64,000 nucleotides of DNA from Rebecca billardiae RCC1528 (GCA_965240325.2 OZ251229.1:1364001-1428000); one strand, 5' to 3'. Positions 1 through 12,852 are shown, counted from the first letter of the stretch. Made by a program: numbers and translations. The notes: generated by a model from the sequence alone, not told the origin.

Positions 1-909
1 TCAGCCCCTCCCACCCTGCGCGCGGGCGCGGACGGAGTCGCACGCACGCGGTCCGATCGACGATCGATCGAGGGCGCGGGCCGCGGCAGGACGGGCGTCG
101 ACGCGCAGGTTAGTTAGGTATGGTGCCGGCGCTTCCCGCAGGCGTTGCGCGCTTGGGGCGAGTGGGGCGCGTGGGCGAGACCAGCAGCCAGCCAGCCCAC
201 GCCACCGGCGCGAGGGCACCGGCGCGGCGCGCACGCCTTTGCACGGGGTCCTCGCCCGCTGCCTCGGGCGTGTCGCGCCTCCCGCAAACGCTGGCGGGCG
301 GGTAACCTGTTTTCACAAGCGCCTCTCTTTCATTATGGGCTTATGGCACAGGAGTACAGGACGAGGTTCATCCATCGAGGCAAGCGGGTAACTGGCTTTA
401 AATAGCGCTATTCAAAAGAATCTCTTTCAATATTATGAGGAGGTTCATCCATCGAGGCAGGCGGGTAACTTGGTTGGACAAGCGCTATTGAAAAGAATCT
501 CTTTTAATATGACGAGGCGGTTCATCCATCGAGACAGACGGGTAACGTATTTGAACAAGGACTATTCAAAAGAATCTGGCTTCATAGCTGTTTTCGACCC
601 AAAACAATCAAACGTCGCTCGGCAAACTCGTACTTCAGCATACAAGAGGGATAGGAATACTCACTTGTTTCACCCCCGGGGTATCTGATCCCACGTCCGT
701 CCATAGTAGATACAAGAATTGCAGCGGGCGCGGCCTTTTAAGCTGTGATGGACAGCATACCCCCCCTCAAAAAGTCGAAAACTCACCCTCCAACAGCCCT
801 CAAAATCGTCCCCCATCCCCTTTTCTTTGATCAAAAGATCTTTTTGACAACGTAGTGAGGGCCCCCGGCGGGGCTCCACGCTACGCGCTCCGCCCTGCAC
901 CGCGGGCCA
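1..909 (-). mobile_element. Family H element (Helitron2-like/AT-targeting), 5' end at 909; its 3' end is not visible and probably lies left of the window
   Basis: The reverse complement starts A|TGGCCCGCGGTGCAGGGCGGAGCGCGTAGCGTGGAGCCC, the same end as at 15148, 19308, 61178 and 63434. Bases ~590-909 match 63434-63780. Confidence 0.8.
360..578. repeat. Three diverged tandem units of ~75 bp inside the element
   Basis: GGTTCATCCATCGAG...CGGGTAAC...CTATT[C/G]AAAAGAATCT recurs at ~360, ~437 and ~510. Confidence 0.8.
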
Positions 910-915
910 TAATCT

Positions 916-917
<2 letters not shown>

Positions 918-1004
<87 letters not shown>
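918..1004. repeat. (CT)n microsatellite
   Basis: Perfect CT run. Confidence 0.97.
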
Positions 1005-1008
<4 letters not shown>

Positions 1009-1156
1009 CTATCAGGCGGCGCGGGTCCGACGCGGTCCGGCGCTGCATGTCAGCTGAGCGCGCCGCAGCACTAGTACTACTCGGCGCGGCAGTATACTCA
1101 CTACTCCGGCGGCGGGCAAAGTATTAACTGCGCGCTGACGATGTAGAGTCGTATTT

Positions 1157-1254
1157 ACTGTCATCGTACGACAGTCGTGTTACTGTTAGCAGTGAGGCGT
1201 GAGGCGTACTGTCATCGTACGACAGTCGTGTTAATGTTAGTGAGGCGTGAGGCG
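1157..1254. repeat. ~50-bp tandem duplication
   Basis: TACTGTCATCGTACGACAGTCGTGTTA...GTGAGGCGTGAGGCG occurs twice. Confidence 0.85.
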
Positions 1255-1758
1255 GCAGTGTACTCGGCGCGCGTCATTCAAAAAGCCGTCGCACTGCTGC
1301 CGCTGAGCTAAGTAGGCTTAAGAATAATTGTGCCTCAGGTGGCTAGCGCTGCTTACACTAAATAGCTGCTATATATAAGCAGCTGTCGTTATTACACAGC
1401 TGTATTGTAAGGCCTTAATCAGCAGTAGTTCACGAATATAGTCATGCGTATACTAGCAGTCGGCCGCGCCCCTCAGTAATCTGTAGTGATTCGCGCGCCC
1501 GACCGGGTCGTCCCTGACTTTAGTATTATTACCGTGATCATCAGTGATCTAGATTCTAGTATAGAAGTAGTAGAGGCTCACTTATAGAGCAGTCATCAGT
1601 GCTGCTATAGTAGTAGTACTTGATCTAGTCCGAGTTAGTAACTTGATAAGCAGGACTGCGCGCGCTGCCGCCGTAGGTCTGCGGCCAGATAGCGTAAGTG
1701 AGAGATCGAGGGAGTCGGAAGACGACGAGTCGGTCAGAGAAATCGAGCGCAAGCAGCG

Positions 1759-1864
1759 AGAGAGAGAGAGTAGCGAGAGAGAGTGAGAGAGAGCTAGACT
1801 ATAGCTTAGATCAGAGAGCGATAGCTAAGCAGAGGAGACTGGATATATAGAGAGAGAGAGAGAC
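1759..1864. repeat. Interrupted (GA)n microsatellite
   Basis: GA runs broken by short TA-containing insertions. Confidence 0.7.
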
Positions 1865-2556
1865 ACACACGCACGCACAATGGCCAGCAGCACGCAAGAC
1901 CAGCGGTCCATCACAGGCTCAGGCGCGCCCACGCTGTAGTGCGTCTCGCGCGTACTGGTGGACGCCCCACATTCAGGTCCTTTGCCACCCTCTACCGTAC
2001 AACATGTGTCTCATGGTTTAGGTGAACCTGGCTCTGATCCGTTATCACTCGACGTTGACGCCTCTGCCGAGCAGGACAAGGTGCGTGAGTTCCACAATCT
2101 GGACGAGCTCCTACAAGGGCGCACGGCTTTCGCATCCTACGAAGTCATTCTTCTCCTCGTTGCTCGTGAATTCACGACTGAATTGCGAGGAGTGGCCACG
2201 CCGAGAAGAGACAAGCTCCGTCAGCTCGATCTCAGCGCGGATAGGAGTTCACGGGCGCGTCGGACTCGAGTGGCCAGCCCGTACCGTTCGAATCGCAGAT
2301 CGTGCATCCACGACGGCTTCGACCAGCGGCCGAACCACTGCATTCTACATTGGCGGCTCGGCGCTCGTCAAGGGCAGCAGTCCATCTCACACAGGATCTC
2401 GCGCCCACGGCTCCCGCCATTTCTCGTCCCGCCGGCCAACGGGCTCGCTCGTGCCTCGTCACTGCTCGTGGCGGTCAGTTTCCGGTGGACCACGCGAAAT
2501 CCGGAAATCTGCGGCCTTGCGGGTCATCGCCACGACAATCTGCTGGCTGCTGCACG

Positions 2557-4113
2557 ATGTGGGCCGAGCCCAACCCCTGGCGGGAGGGCCCAGACGTGGC
2601 GGAGGTGGAGTTGAAGGGCTTCAGCACGGAGTATGCAGACCATGGCGTCATCGTGCCGGCACCCCGTGGCTTCGAGGTTGCGGAACTTGTGGTCACGGAC
2701 GCCATCTACACTTTGCCTGCGAGGCAGACCAGTGCAGAGCCAAAGCTCGTGCGCAATATCGGGGATGCCAGCATGCAGCGCATCGTCCACGCGAGCGGCA
2801 CGGCCTTCCTCCTTCGCGCAGAATCCATGCTATTGAATGACGACAGCAACGAGCCCGGCCAAGTCACTGTCTCACCCCTCTCGTCCACGCCCCCTCCCTC
2901 TGGCGACGGCGTGTTCAACCTGTTTGAGCTGCTCGGCTACCCTCAGGGCAACGCGCGCACCTTGCTCGACGAGGAGGGCCTCCGATTTGCGATCGAAATG
3001 CGGGGGGAGGCGGTGAGGGAGGAGGCTGAACGTGGATTCCGCCGGCCCATTTGCGTATCCGCCTTGGCCGCGATGGATGCGTCTCGCGCGCCCGAGCACG
3101 CGCGCGGCCCGCTCCCAGCCTCTCTCGTGCTGCTCTGCACGCAGGACTACCACGTGAGCCTCCTGCGGCTCGGCAACGCGCACATTGGCTCCCCGGTGGT
3201 CCCGTGCCTTGCATCTGCGCCCGTGCCAAATGCCGCGGCGCGTGTGGATCTGCTGTCACATGTCGAGCTGGCCCTCTCTCCGGATGTGCTGCAGCTGGTG
3301 CTCGCCGAGTCGCACCACCACGCCCACGAGGGAGGGCTGGGCAGTCGCGGGATGCAACTCGTGTGCGGAGACGACGGCAGGCTGCTCGCTGCGCTTGGCC
3401 TCAGCTGCGGCGAGGTCATCTTCCTCGACATGACGCCGCCGCTACCGCCCACGGCCCCGGGCGCGAGCCCCACGGCCGCCCCGCCGCTGTGCGCCACGCA
3501 GTCGCCCGCGCCACCCCGCCTCGTGCGGCGGGTGCGGGCGCACGGCATGCCTGTCCGAGGCGTTGACCTGGGCGCGTCAAACGCATTCGTCGCGCACCTC
3601 GTCTGGCACCCGCCGACTGGCTGCCTCGTGTCCGGCGGCGGCGACAGCCGGGTGAGCGTCACTGCGGTCGCTGGCTGGTCGGCTGCCAGTGCGGATCGCG
3701 GCCCCGACGCAGGGGCGGTGGCCGCGGTGCCTGTGGAGGCGCCAGCGCACACGTGGGTGGCATCCGACGGCTGGGGCGCGCCGCTCAACTACAAGGTAAC
3801 CAACGTGGCGGTGGCGGAGGCTGCGCGCGTGGCGGCCACCGCGAGCCAGCTGGACGGCGGGCACGTCATGCTGTGGGAGCTGCCCGCGGGCCGCCGCCTC
3901 TGCCGCCTCGAGCCCGCGCGCGGCATCTACTGCCAACCGCATGTGGACTGGATTACGCGCTTCCGCGTGCACGGGCTCGCGCTCACTGCAGATGGGAGCA
4001 GGGTGGTGATCGTGCACGCCAACGGGGGCATGAACGACGACGAGCCCCTGCAGGTGGAGGCGGCCATCCCGGCGCAGCTTCTTGAGGGACTCCGGACGAC
4101 CTCGGAGGCCTGA
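2557..4113 (+). CDS. WD40-like beta-propeller protein (start uncertain)
   Basis: Long ORF with coding-like composition. WD-like segments include AH...V..LVWHP.TGCLVSGGGDSRV and AATASQLDGGHVMLWE. Confidence 0.65.
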   Translation: MWAEPNPWREGPDVAEVELKGFSTEYADHGVIVPAPRGFEVAELVVTDAIYTLPARQTSAEPKLVRNIGDASMQRIVHASGTAFLLRAESMLLNDDSNEPGQVTVSPLSSTPPPSGDGVFNLFELLGYPQGNARTLLDEEGLRFAIEMRGEAVREEAERGFRRPICVSALAAMDASRAPEHARGPLPASLVLLCTQDYHVSLLRLGNAHIGSPVVPCLASAPVPNAAARVDLLSHVELALSPDVLQLVLAESHHHAHEGGLGSRGMQLVCGDDGRLLAALGLSCGEVIFLDMTPPLPPTAPGASPTAAPPLCATQSPAPPRLVRRVRAHGMPVRGVDLGASNAFVAHLVWHPPTGCLVSGGGDSRVSVTAVAGWSAASADRGPDAGAVAAVPVEAPAHTWVASDGWGAPLNYKVTNVAVAEAARVAATASQLDGGHVMLWELPAGRRLCRLEPARGIYCQPHVDWITRFRVHGLALTADGSRVVIVHANGGMNDDEPLQVEAAIPAQLLEGLRTTSEA

Positions 4114-4444
4114 CGCACAGATCGGCGGACGCAGGGGACTGTGGTAGGGGAGGAGGTGGGCTCTGTTGCGAAGGCAATGCTGAGCTGTACAGTAGTGTGA
4201 GCTCTGAGCATTACCTGTAGCAAACAGAGTCAGAGAGGCCGAAACGGATGCGCGATTCCCCGCGTCCACGACGAATCATAGTAACTTACTGAGTGACCGT
4301 GAGTCCTCGGAACGGTACCAGGCCGAGCAGCTACTAATAGCTGCTATCGCTATCAGACTACAGTCAGTGACGTCGGCATCATGCCGATCGCTCCAGCATT
4401 GAGCGTTCGCATCCGCCTTTCTTGAAAGATGGGCATCAACTTTC

Positions 4445-6290
4445 TCAAGCGGCGCCAGTCACGGACGAAAGCGGCGGCGAGGACGTCGCTGCCGCAGCGG
4501 CGGCGGCTCGACGACTGCCGCCGCTGCTGCTGGCGTGCGGGGCTTCCGCCTCGTCGCCAGCGACCGCTAGCCGGAGCGTGCGCTCCCACTCGGCGCCGAT
4601 CCACGCAGAGAGCACGCGCCGCCAGCCCCAGCCCGCCTCGTCCAGCCACGCGCGGACGTGCGGCACGGCGCGCGCCGCCTGCTCGACCGCCGCCCACAGC
4701 CTGCCGTGCTCAAGCCCCGCGCTCGGCACGCAGCGCGCGCACCAGCGGAGCACGCAGAGGTGGCCGTCCTCCGCGGCCTGCGCGAGCGTCTCCGCGCGCA
4801 CCTCCCACGGCGCGCCGTGCGCGTGCGCCCACGCGAGCGCGGCGAGGTGGCCGTTCGCCGCGGCGCGCGCACACGCCTCGCCCCACGGTGCGCCGTGCGA
4901 GCGCAGCCACTGCAGGCAGCGCAGCTGGCCACGGCCTGCGGCGGCGGCGCACGCGCGCGCGCCAAGCGGCGCGCCGCGCGCGTGCGCGAAGCGGAGCACC
5001 TCGAGCTGCCCCTCGTGCGCGGCGAGCTCGCACAGCCCGTCGGGCAGCGCCATGCCGAGCGTGTCGTGCGCCCAGCTGCACACGGCCACGTGGCCCGCCG
5101 CCGCCGCGCGTGCGATCACTGTACTATCACACTCGGAGCGCGCCACCTCGACCGCGAAGCGAGCGCACTCGAGGTGGCCGCCGGCGGCGGCCGCGGCGGG
5201 CGTGCACCAGTTCATCTCGCAGCCGTGCGCGAGCGCGAAGCGGAGGCAGTCCAGCGAGCCCACCAGCGCGGCGCGTGCGCACGTGCTCCAGTCGAGCGGG
5301 TGGCCGGCGCGCACGGCCCACCGAAGCAGCTCGACGCGGCCGCTCGCCGCGGCCGCGGCGCACACCTGCGGGCTGGTGGGGCAGCTGTGCGCCGCGACCC
5401 ACTCGCACACGCGCAGCTCGCCACTGCGCACCGCCGCGACGGAGGTCTCCTCGTCCCACTCCACGCCGCGCACGCGGAGCCAGCTGCGCGCGCGCGCGTT
5501 TGCACCGCAGCCGTGCCGATCGCGGCCGTTCACGTGCACAGCCGCACGCCACGCGGAGCGCGGCGCGCGGCGCGCGCGGGAAGGAGGGCGCGCGGCTCAG
5601 AGCAGGAGCGCGGGGACATGCGCGTGCACGCCGAGCGCAACGCCCGCCGCGCGCGCGCGCCGCGCACCGGAGCACGTCGAGGCGGCCGGCGCCTGCGGCG
5701 GCGGCGCACGCCGTCGCCGTAGCCTCGCAGCCGCGCGAGAGTGCAAACCGCAGGCATTCGAACGAGCCCGCCTCGGCGGCGGCGGCGATGGTCCACTCGT
5801 CCCACTCGCAGCCGTGCGCGCGCGCGTACGCGAGCACGTGCACATGCCCGCGCCGCGCGGCATTCGAGCACGTGCGCCGCCCCATTGCCGCGCCCGTGCG
5901 CACGGCCGCCTCCAGAATGTCAACACGGCCGATCGCTGCGGCCTCGGCGCACGCGTCGCCCCAGGGGTAGCCGAGGGCGTGGAGGTGCTCGGCGACGTGG
6001 AGTGAGCCCGCGCGCACCGCGAGCGAGCACGCGTCGCGCGCGCTCCAGTGCGCCTCGATCGCCCACTGCGCGCCGCGCACCGTCGTGAGGAACGGCAGGA
6101 CTGGCGTACCGAGCCGGTAGGCGGTCGAGTGCGGCGCACGCGCGGCGTGGGCGAGGGCGAGCGCGGCGAGCCGGCGGCAGACGAGGGCAGCTGGTAGGAG
6201 GAACCCCGCCTCCAGCTGTCGCAGCACCAGTGCGAGCTCGTCGTCGCCGAGCACGCGGAGCAGCGCGGGGGCCACCGTGCCGTCGTCCAT
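4445..6290 (-). CDS. F-box-like plus ankyrin-like (GC.W-type) repeat protein; exons 6290-5668 and 5483-4445
   Basis: N-terminal LLRVLGDDELALVLRQL...LVCRRL is F-box-like. Many C..AA..G.L..L.WAR.HGC.W repeats follow. A GT-AG intron at 5667-5484 joins the frames (phase 2). Confidence 0.85.
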
Positions 6291-8284
6291 GAGGATGGCC
6301 AAAACTCCCCGGCCGTCCGCTCGTCGGTCAGAACTCAGAAGGTTTTTGGACGAAACTCGTCGCGAGAGATTTGCTGTCGGCGGCACGTCCTCGCCGCGCG
6401 GCCGCCGCGGCGGCGGGGGGATGACGACCGGCAGCACCCGCAGCTCACCGTCGATGAGCGCACGCAGCTCGCGCGCGCGCTCGTCGCCCGCGCCCACCGA
6501 GCGGACATGTTTGGCGGACGGGCCACTAGCGCCAAAGCGGTTCCCTGTGAGTGTGTCAGCGGCGTCCGTGGCACAATTGTCCGAGCACGCGTGATAGAAC
6601 TGACAGAGGTCGGTGAGGCTTTAGAGCGGCGCTCACGGAGCCAGCCTTGACAAGCCCTTGGCCTTGAGCAGAGCGTAGCCCAGCGACGCGCTGCTGAATA
6701 TGGACGACTGCCCCCAAAACGCACATACGGGGCCGTGGACCGCCCAGACCGTACTTTGTGTGAGCTGCGGCGTCACTCTGATTGCCACAGCTGCCGGAAC
6801 CGGAGGCGTCGGCTGGAAGGTGTAAGGTGTCTACTGCCGTATCTCTCAGTTGAACGCCTCGTGCCCCGCCTAAGAGACAGTTGAGCAGGTAGCAGCAAGA
6901 GTCCGCACATACGCCGGATGGCAGCGTCCGCGAATGGCGACCGCCATACTGAGTGAGTCTATCTAGAATCTACAATATACCGGGGACAAGAAGGGGTTCG
7001 GCGGAGGGGGCAGCGTTCCTATTGTCGGGGACAATCTCAGACTGGGGGTTCGATCTCGACGAGGGGGTTCAACCCGGTCGGGGTTCGAGGGGTTCAAAGT
7101 CCGGAAGAGTCCGAATAACCAGGTGGCGTAGTGATTTTGAATCGACGACTGCGGTTTGGAGTTTGAATTCAGCCGAGAACAGAGCGCCCGCGACGGCCCC
7201 ACCCCTCGGTCGGCGACCTCCGCACGCGCGCGCGGCGCCCCCAACCGCCGCCGGCGCTCGCCCTCGCCTGCCTCCGCCCGTCGGTGCGGCACGCCGCCAA
7301 GCTGAGCACGCCGCGCCCTCCGATACACGTCATGCGGGCCTGCCCTTCTTCCTGCCCTTCTCCTGCTCTTCCTGCTGGCACGCCGACGGTTCCGACGGCG
7401 ACGCGTGTCCAGCACAACCGCACGCGGCAGTGCTCGGCGCGCACATCCCAAGGCGCGTCGACCGCTTCTTTCTGCATGGCAGTCTACTTGCCATCTGCAT
7501 CATCCTCGCCTCGGCTGAGCGCGCCCCGCCGACGGGCGGCGCCGTGGCTCGGCGCGCCGCGCCGCGCCGCGCCGCGCCGCGCCGCGCCGCGCCGAGCAGC
7601 TCGGCTTGCCGCCGGGCGGCGGTGCCGGGCTCGGCGGAGAGCGGGCGTCGGCGGAGATCGGTGTGCACGACCTGAAGTGCATCGGCTCGTTCTTTCTGCG
7701 CGGCCGCGCAGCCACTACCGTCATCGGACTCGACTTGGTCAAGCGCGCCGCGCGCGCGCAAGCGGCTTTGCGTCTGTGATCGCACGCGCAGCACTACCGC
7801 TGTGGCAGACTCGGCGGCGTCGGAGGCGATCGATCGGCGTGCTCCGCCGGCGGTGCATCGCCCGCATCTTTCGGCGCCCCGCTCCTCTCGGCGCGGCGCA
7901 GTACTCGCCCCCGGCTGCCGACTCGGCCCAGCACGCCGCGCGCACGGCCGGCGCCGCACCGCGGCGCGCCGTGCCGCGCGGCCAAGCTTGCGCGCCGCAT
8001 GGCTACGGTGACGGACTCAGCGGCGAGCGGGCTTCTACGGCGGTGGCGACGATCGGCGTGCCTGGCTAGCCGGATGTCGTCCGCCTCTCTCGGCGCGGCC
8101 GGCGCGGCGCAGTGCTCGGCGCCGACCTCCGACTCGGCGCGGCGCGCGGCCGCGGCCGTGCAGCGCGCCTCGACGTGCGCGGCCGCGCGGCCGAGGTCGC
8201 ACGCCGCACGGCGGCCGTGACGGCCTCGTTCGAGAGCGGGCGTCGACCGCGTGGGCGGAGCTCGGTGCGCACGAGCTGAGCCTC

Positions 8285-9370
8285 CCGACCACGTCGCGCT
8301 GCGTGGCGCCGTGCTCGGCACCGGCACCGGACTCGGCGCGGCGCGCGCGGCCGGCGGCGCGCTGCCGGCCACGCGCTGCGCGCCTCAGCGGCGCGCCGTG
8401 CTGTGCGGCCGAGCGCGCGCGCCGCACGGCTACGGTGACGACGGGCTCGGCGGTGGGCGGGCATCGGCGGCGTTGGCGGAGCTCGGCGCGCACGAACGGA
8501 GGCGCATCGACCACGTCGCGCTGCGTGGCGCCTTGCTCGACACCGGCCTCGGACTCGGCGCGGCGCGCGCGGCCGGCGGCGCGCCGCGCGCCTCAGCGCC
8601 GCGCGCCGCGCCGTGCTGTGCGGCCGAGCGCGCGCGCCGCACGGCTACGGTGACGACGGGCTCGGCGGAGAGCGGGCGGCGGCGGCGTTGGCGGAGCTCG
8701 GTGCGCACGAACGGAGGCACATCGACCACGTCGCGCTGCGTGACGCCGCGCTCGGCACCGTCCTCGGACTCGGCGCGGCGCGCGCGGCCGGCGGCGCGCC
8801 GCGCGCCTCAGCGCCGCGCGCCGCGCCGTGCTGTGCGGCCGAGCGCGCGCGCCGCACGGCTACGGTGACGACGGGCTCGGCGGAGAGCGGGCGGCGGCGG
8901 CGTTGGCGGAGCTCGGTGCGCACGAACGGAGGCACATCGACCACGTCGCGCTGCGTGACGCCGCGCTCGGCACCGGCCTCGGACTCGGCGTGGCGCGCGC
9001 GGCCGGCGGCGCGCCGCGCGCCTCAGGGCCGCGCGGCGCGCCGTGCTGTGCAGCCGAGCGCGCGCGCCGCACGGCTACGGTGACGCGCTCGGCGGCGGGC
9101 GGGCATCGGCGGCGGTGGTGGAGCTCGGCGCGCACGAGTGGAGGCGCATCGACCACGTCGCGCTGCGTGGCGCCGCGCTCGGCACCGGCCTCGGACTCGG
9201 CGCGGCGCGCGCGGCCGGCGGCGCGCCGCGCGCCTCAGCGCCGCGCGGCGCGCCGTGCTGTGCAGCCGAGCGCGCGCGCCGCACGGCTACGGTGACGACG
9301 GGCTCGGCGGAGAGCGGGCTGCGGCGGCGTGGGCAGAGCTCGGCGCGCGTGAACTGAGGTGCATCGATCC
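8285..9370. repeat. ~215-bp GC-rich minisatellite, ~5 units, with degenerate units upstream
   Basis: GACCACGTCGCGCTGCGTG at 8287, 8509, 8724, 8939 and 9151. Confidence 0.92.
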
Positions 9371-9714
9371 GCTCTCCCCGTGCCACCACGCTTCCCGAAC
9401 GCAGGTGCGCGCGAGAGCACCACCCTGCCGTGCCGTGTGTGCGCGCCGTGTGCACCGCGTGTTTGTGTCCTGTGCTGCCGTGCAGGTGGGCGCAGGCAGG
9501 TGCTCTCCATCTACATGGCGCAGGGGCGCAAGTGGCAGTCGTGCAGCACGCCCTCTCTACCTGCAGACGCTGCAACCTACTCGGCGCGCAACGACGATCC
9601 TGCCCATACGTACTCCAGACTTGAGCATGGTGCGAGCACGCTCGCGCAGCGCAGCGCACCAACCATCCGCCGCGTTTGCGCGGCAGCATGCGCACTGTCT
9701 TCTCTCTGACATGT

Positions 9715-10066
9715 GCCCTCCTTCCCTCTCCTCTCCCTCTCCCCTCCCTCTCCCTTCCCTCCCTTCCCTCCCTCTCCCCTCCCTCTCCCCTCCCTCTCCC
9801 CTCCCTCTCCCCTCCTCTCCCCTCCCTCTCCCCTCCTCTCCCCTCCCTCTCCCCTCCCTCTCCTCCCTCTCCCCTCCCTCTCCCCTCCCTCTCCCTCTCC
9901 CCTCCTCTCCCCTCCCTCTCCCCTCCCTCTCCCCTCCTCTCCCCTCTCCCCTCCTCTCCCCTCCCTCTCCCTCTCCCCTCCCTCTCCCCTCCTCTCCTCC
10001 TCCTTCTCCCCTCCTCCTCCTCCTTCTCCCCCCTCTCTCCCCCTTCTCTCCCCCTTCTCCCCCTCT
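9715..10066. repeat. Polypyrimidine (CCCT/CTCCC) tract
   Basis: ~350 bp of C/T only. Confidence 0.95.
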
Positions 10067-11422
10067 GACGCCATCCTTATCCCCGCAAATTAGCCTAAAC
10101 CCAAAATATTTGCCATACCGGGGACAAGAAGGGGTTCGGCGGAGGGGGCAGCGTTCCTATTGTCGGGGACAATCTCAGACTGGGGGTTCGATCTCGACGA
10201 GGGGGTTCAACCCGGTCGGGGTTCGAGGGGTTCAAAGTCCGGAAGAGTCCGAATAACCAGGTGGCGTAGTGATTTTGAATCGACGACTGCGGTTTGGAGT
10301 TTGAATTCAGCCGAGAACAGAGCGCCCGCGACGGCCCCACCCCTCGGTCGGCGACCTCCGCACGCGCGCGCGGCGCCCCCAACCGCCGCCGGCGCTCGCC
10401 CTCGCCTGCCTCCGCCCGTCGGTGCGGCACGCCGCCAAGCTGAGCACGCCGCGCCCTCCGATACACGTCATGCGGGCCTGCCCTTCTTCCTGCCCTTCTC
10501 CTGCTCTTCCTGCTGGCACGCCGACGGTTCCGACGGCGACGCGTGTCCAGCACAACCGCACGCGGCAGTGCTCGGCGCGCACATCCCAAGGCGCGTCGAC
10601 CGCTTCTTTCTGCATGGCAGTCTACTTGCCATCTGCATCATCCTCGCCTCGGCTGAGCGCGCCCCGCCGACGGGCGGCGCCGTGGCTCGGCGCGCCGCGC
10701 CGCGCCGCGCCGCGCCGCGCCGCGCCGCGCCGAGCAGCTCGGCTTGCCGCCGGGCGGCGGTGCCGGGCTCGGCGGAGAGCGGGCGTCGGCGGAGATCGGT
10801 GTGCACGACCTGAAGTGCATCGGCTCGTTCTTTCTGCGCGGCCGCGCAGCCACTACCGTCATCGGACTCGACTTGGTCAAGCGCGCCGCGCGCGCGCAAG
10901 CGGCTTTGCGTCTGTGATCGCACGCGCAGCACTACCGCTGTGGCAGACTCGGCGGCGTCGGAGGCGATCGATCGGCGTGCTCCGCCGGCGGTGCATCGCC
11001 CGCATCTTTCGGCGCCCCGCTCCTCTCGGCGCGGCGCAGTACTCGCCCCCGGCTGCCGACTCGGCCCAGCACGCCGCGCGCACGGCCGGCGCCGCACCGC
11101 GGCGCGCCGTGCCGCGCGGCCAAGCTTGCGCGCCGCATGGCTACGGTGACGGACTCAGCGGCGAGCGGGCTTCTACGGCGGTGGCGACGATCGGCGTGCC
11201 TGGCTAGCCGGATGTCGTCCGCCTCTCTCGGCGCGGCCGGCGCGGCGCAGTGCTCGGCGCCGACCTCCGACTCGGCGCGGCGCGCGGCCGCGGCCGTGCA
11301 GCGCGCCTCGACGTGCGCGGCCGCGCGGCCGAGGTCGCACGCCGCACGGCGGCCGTGACGGCCTCGTTCGAGAGCGGGCGTCGACCGCGTGGGCGGAGCT
11401 CGGTGCGCACGAGCTGAGCCTC

Positions 11423-12508
11423 CCGACCACGTCGCGCTGCGTGGCGCCGTGCTCGGCACCGGCACCGGACTCGGCGCGGCGCGCGCGGCCGGCGGCGCGC
11501 TGCCGGCCACGCGCTGCGCGCCTCAGCGGCGCGCCGTGCTGTGCGGCCGAGCGCGCGCGCCGCACGGCTACGGTGACGACGGGCTCGGCGGTGGGCGGGC
11601 ATCGGCGGCGTTGGCGGAGCTCGGCGCGCACGAACGGAGGCGCATCGACCACGTCGCGCTGCGTGGCGCCTTGCTCGACACCGGCCTCGGACTCGGCGCG
11701 GCGCGCGCGGCCGGCGGCGCGCCGCGCGCCTCAGCGCCGCGCGCCGCGCCGTGCTGTGCGGCCGAGCGCGCGCGCCGCACGGCTACGGTGACGACGGGCT
11801 CGGCGGAGAGCGGGCGGCGGCGGCGTTGGCGGAGCTCGGTGCGCACGAACGGAGGCACATCGACCACGTCGCGCTGCGTGACGCCGCGCTCGGCACCGTC
11901 CTCGGACTCGGCGCGGCGCGCGCGGCCGGCGGCGCGCCGCGCGCCTCAGCGCCGCGCGCCGCGCCGTGCTGTGCGGCCGAGCGCGCGCGCCGCACGGCTA
12001 CGGTGACGACGGGCTCGGCGGAGAGCGGGCGGCGGCGGCGTTGGCGGAGCTCGGTGCGCACGAACGGAGGCACATCGACCACGTCGCGCTGCGTGACGCC
12101 GCGCTCGGCACCGGCCTCGGACTCGGCGTGGCGCGCGCGGCCGGCGGCGCGCCGCGCGCCTCAGGGCCGCGCGGCGCGCCGTGCTGTGCAGCCGAGCGCG
12201 CGCGCCGCACGGCTACGGTGACGCGCTCGGCGGCGGGCGGGCATCGGCGGCGGTGGTGGAGCTCGGCGCGCACGAGTGGAGGCGCATCGACCACGTCGCG
12301 CTGCGTGGCGCCGCGCTCGGCACCGGCCTCGGACTCGGCGCGGCGCGCGCGGCCGGCGGCGCGCCGCGCGCCTCAGCGCCGCGCGGCGCGCCGTGCTGTG
12401 CAGCCGAGCGCGCGCGCCGCACGGCTACGGTGACGACGGGCTCGGCGGAGAGCGGGCTGCGGCGGCGTGGGCAGAGCTCGGCGCGCGTGAACTGAGGTGC
12501 ATCGATCC
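11423..12508. repeat. ~215-bp minisatellite, second copy
   Basis: Duplicate of 8285-9370. Confidence 0.92.
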
Positions 12509-12852
12509 GCTCTCCCCGTGCCACCACGCTTCCCGAACGCAGGTGCGCGCGAGAGCACCACCCTGCCGTGCCGTGTGTGCGCGCCGTGTGCACCGCGTGT
12601 TTGTGTCCTGTGCTGCCGTGCAGGTGGGCGCAGGCAGGTGCTCTCCATCTACATGGCGCAGGGGCGCAAGTGGCAGTCGTGCAGCACGCCCTCTCTACCT
12701 GCAGACGCTGCAACCTACTCGGCGCGCAACGACGATCCTGCCCATACGTACTCCAGACTTGAGCATGGTGCGAGCACGCTCGCGCAGCGCAGCGCACCAA
12801 CCATCCGCCGCGTTTGCGCGGCAGCATGCGCACTGTCTTCTCTCTGACATGT

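Larger units (their letters stand above)
6978..10115. mobile_element. 3138-bp element, copy 1 of a tandem dimer
   Basis: Near-identical to 10116-13252. The dimer is flanked by a (A)CAATA direct repeat at 6972/3-6977 and 13252/3-13257. Confidence 0.75.

Noticed and set aside
360-578. CRISPR-like repeat-spacer pattern
   Set aside because: There are only three units, diverged along their whole length, inside a transposon, with no cas genes.
1958-2556. Upstream exon of the WD40-like gene
   Set aside because: I found no convincing splice path or motif.
8285-9370. CRISPR-like array or coding repeat
   Set aside because: The whole unit repeats with no unique spacers, and 215 is not a multiple of 3.
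9676-10093. Pro/Ser/Leu-rich 'extensin' ORFs
   Set aside because: These are translations of the CT tract.
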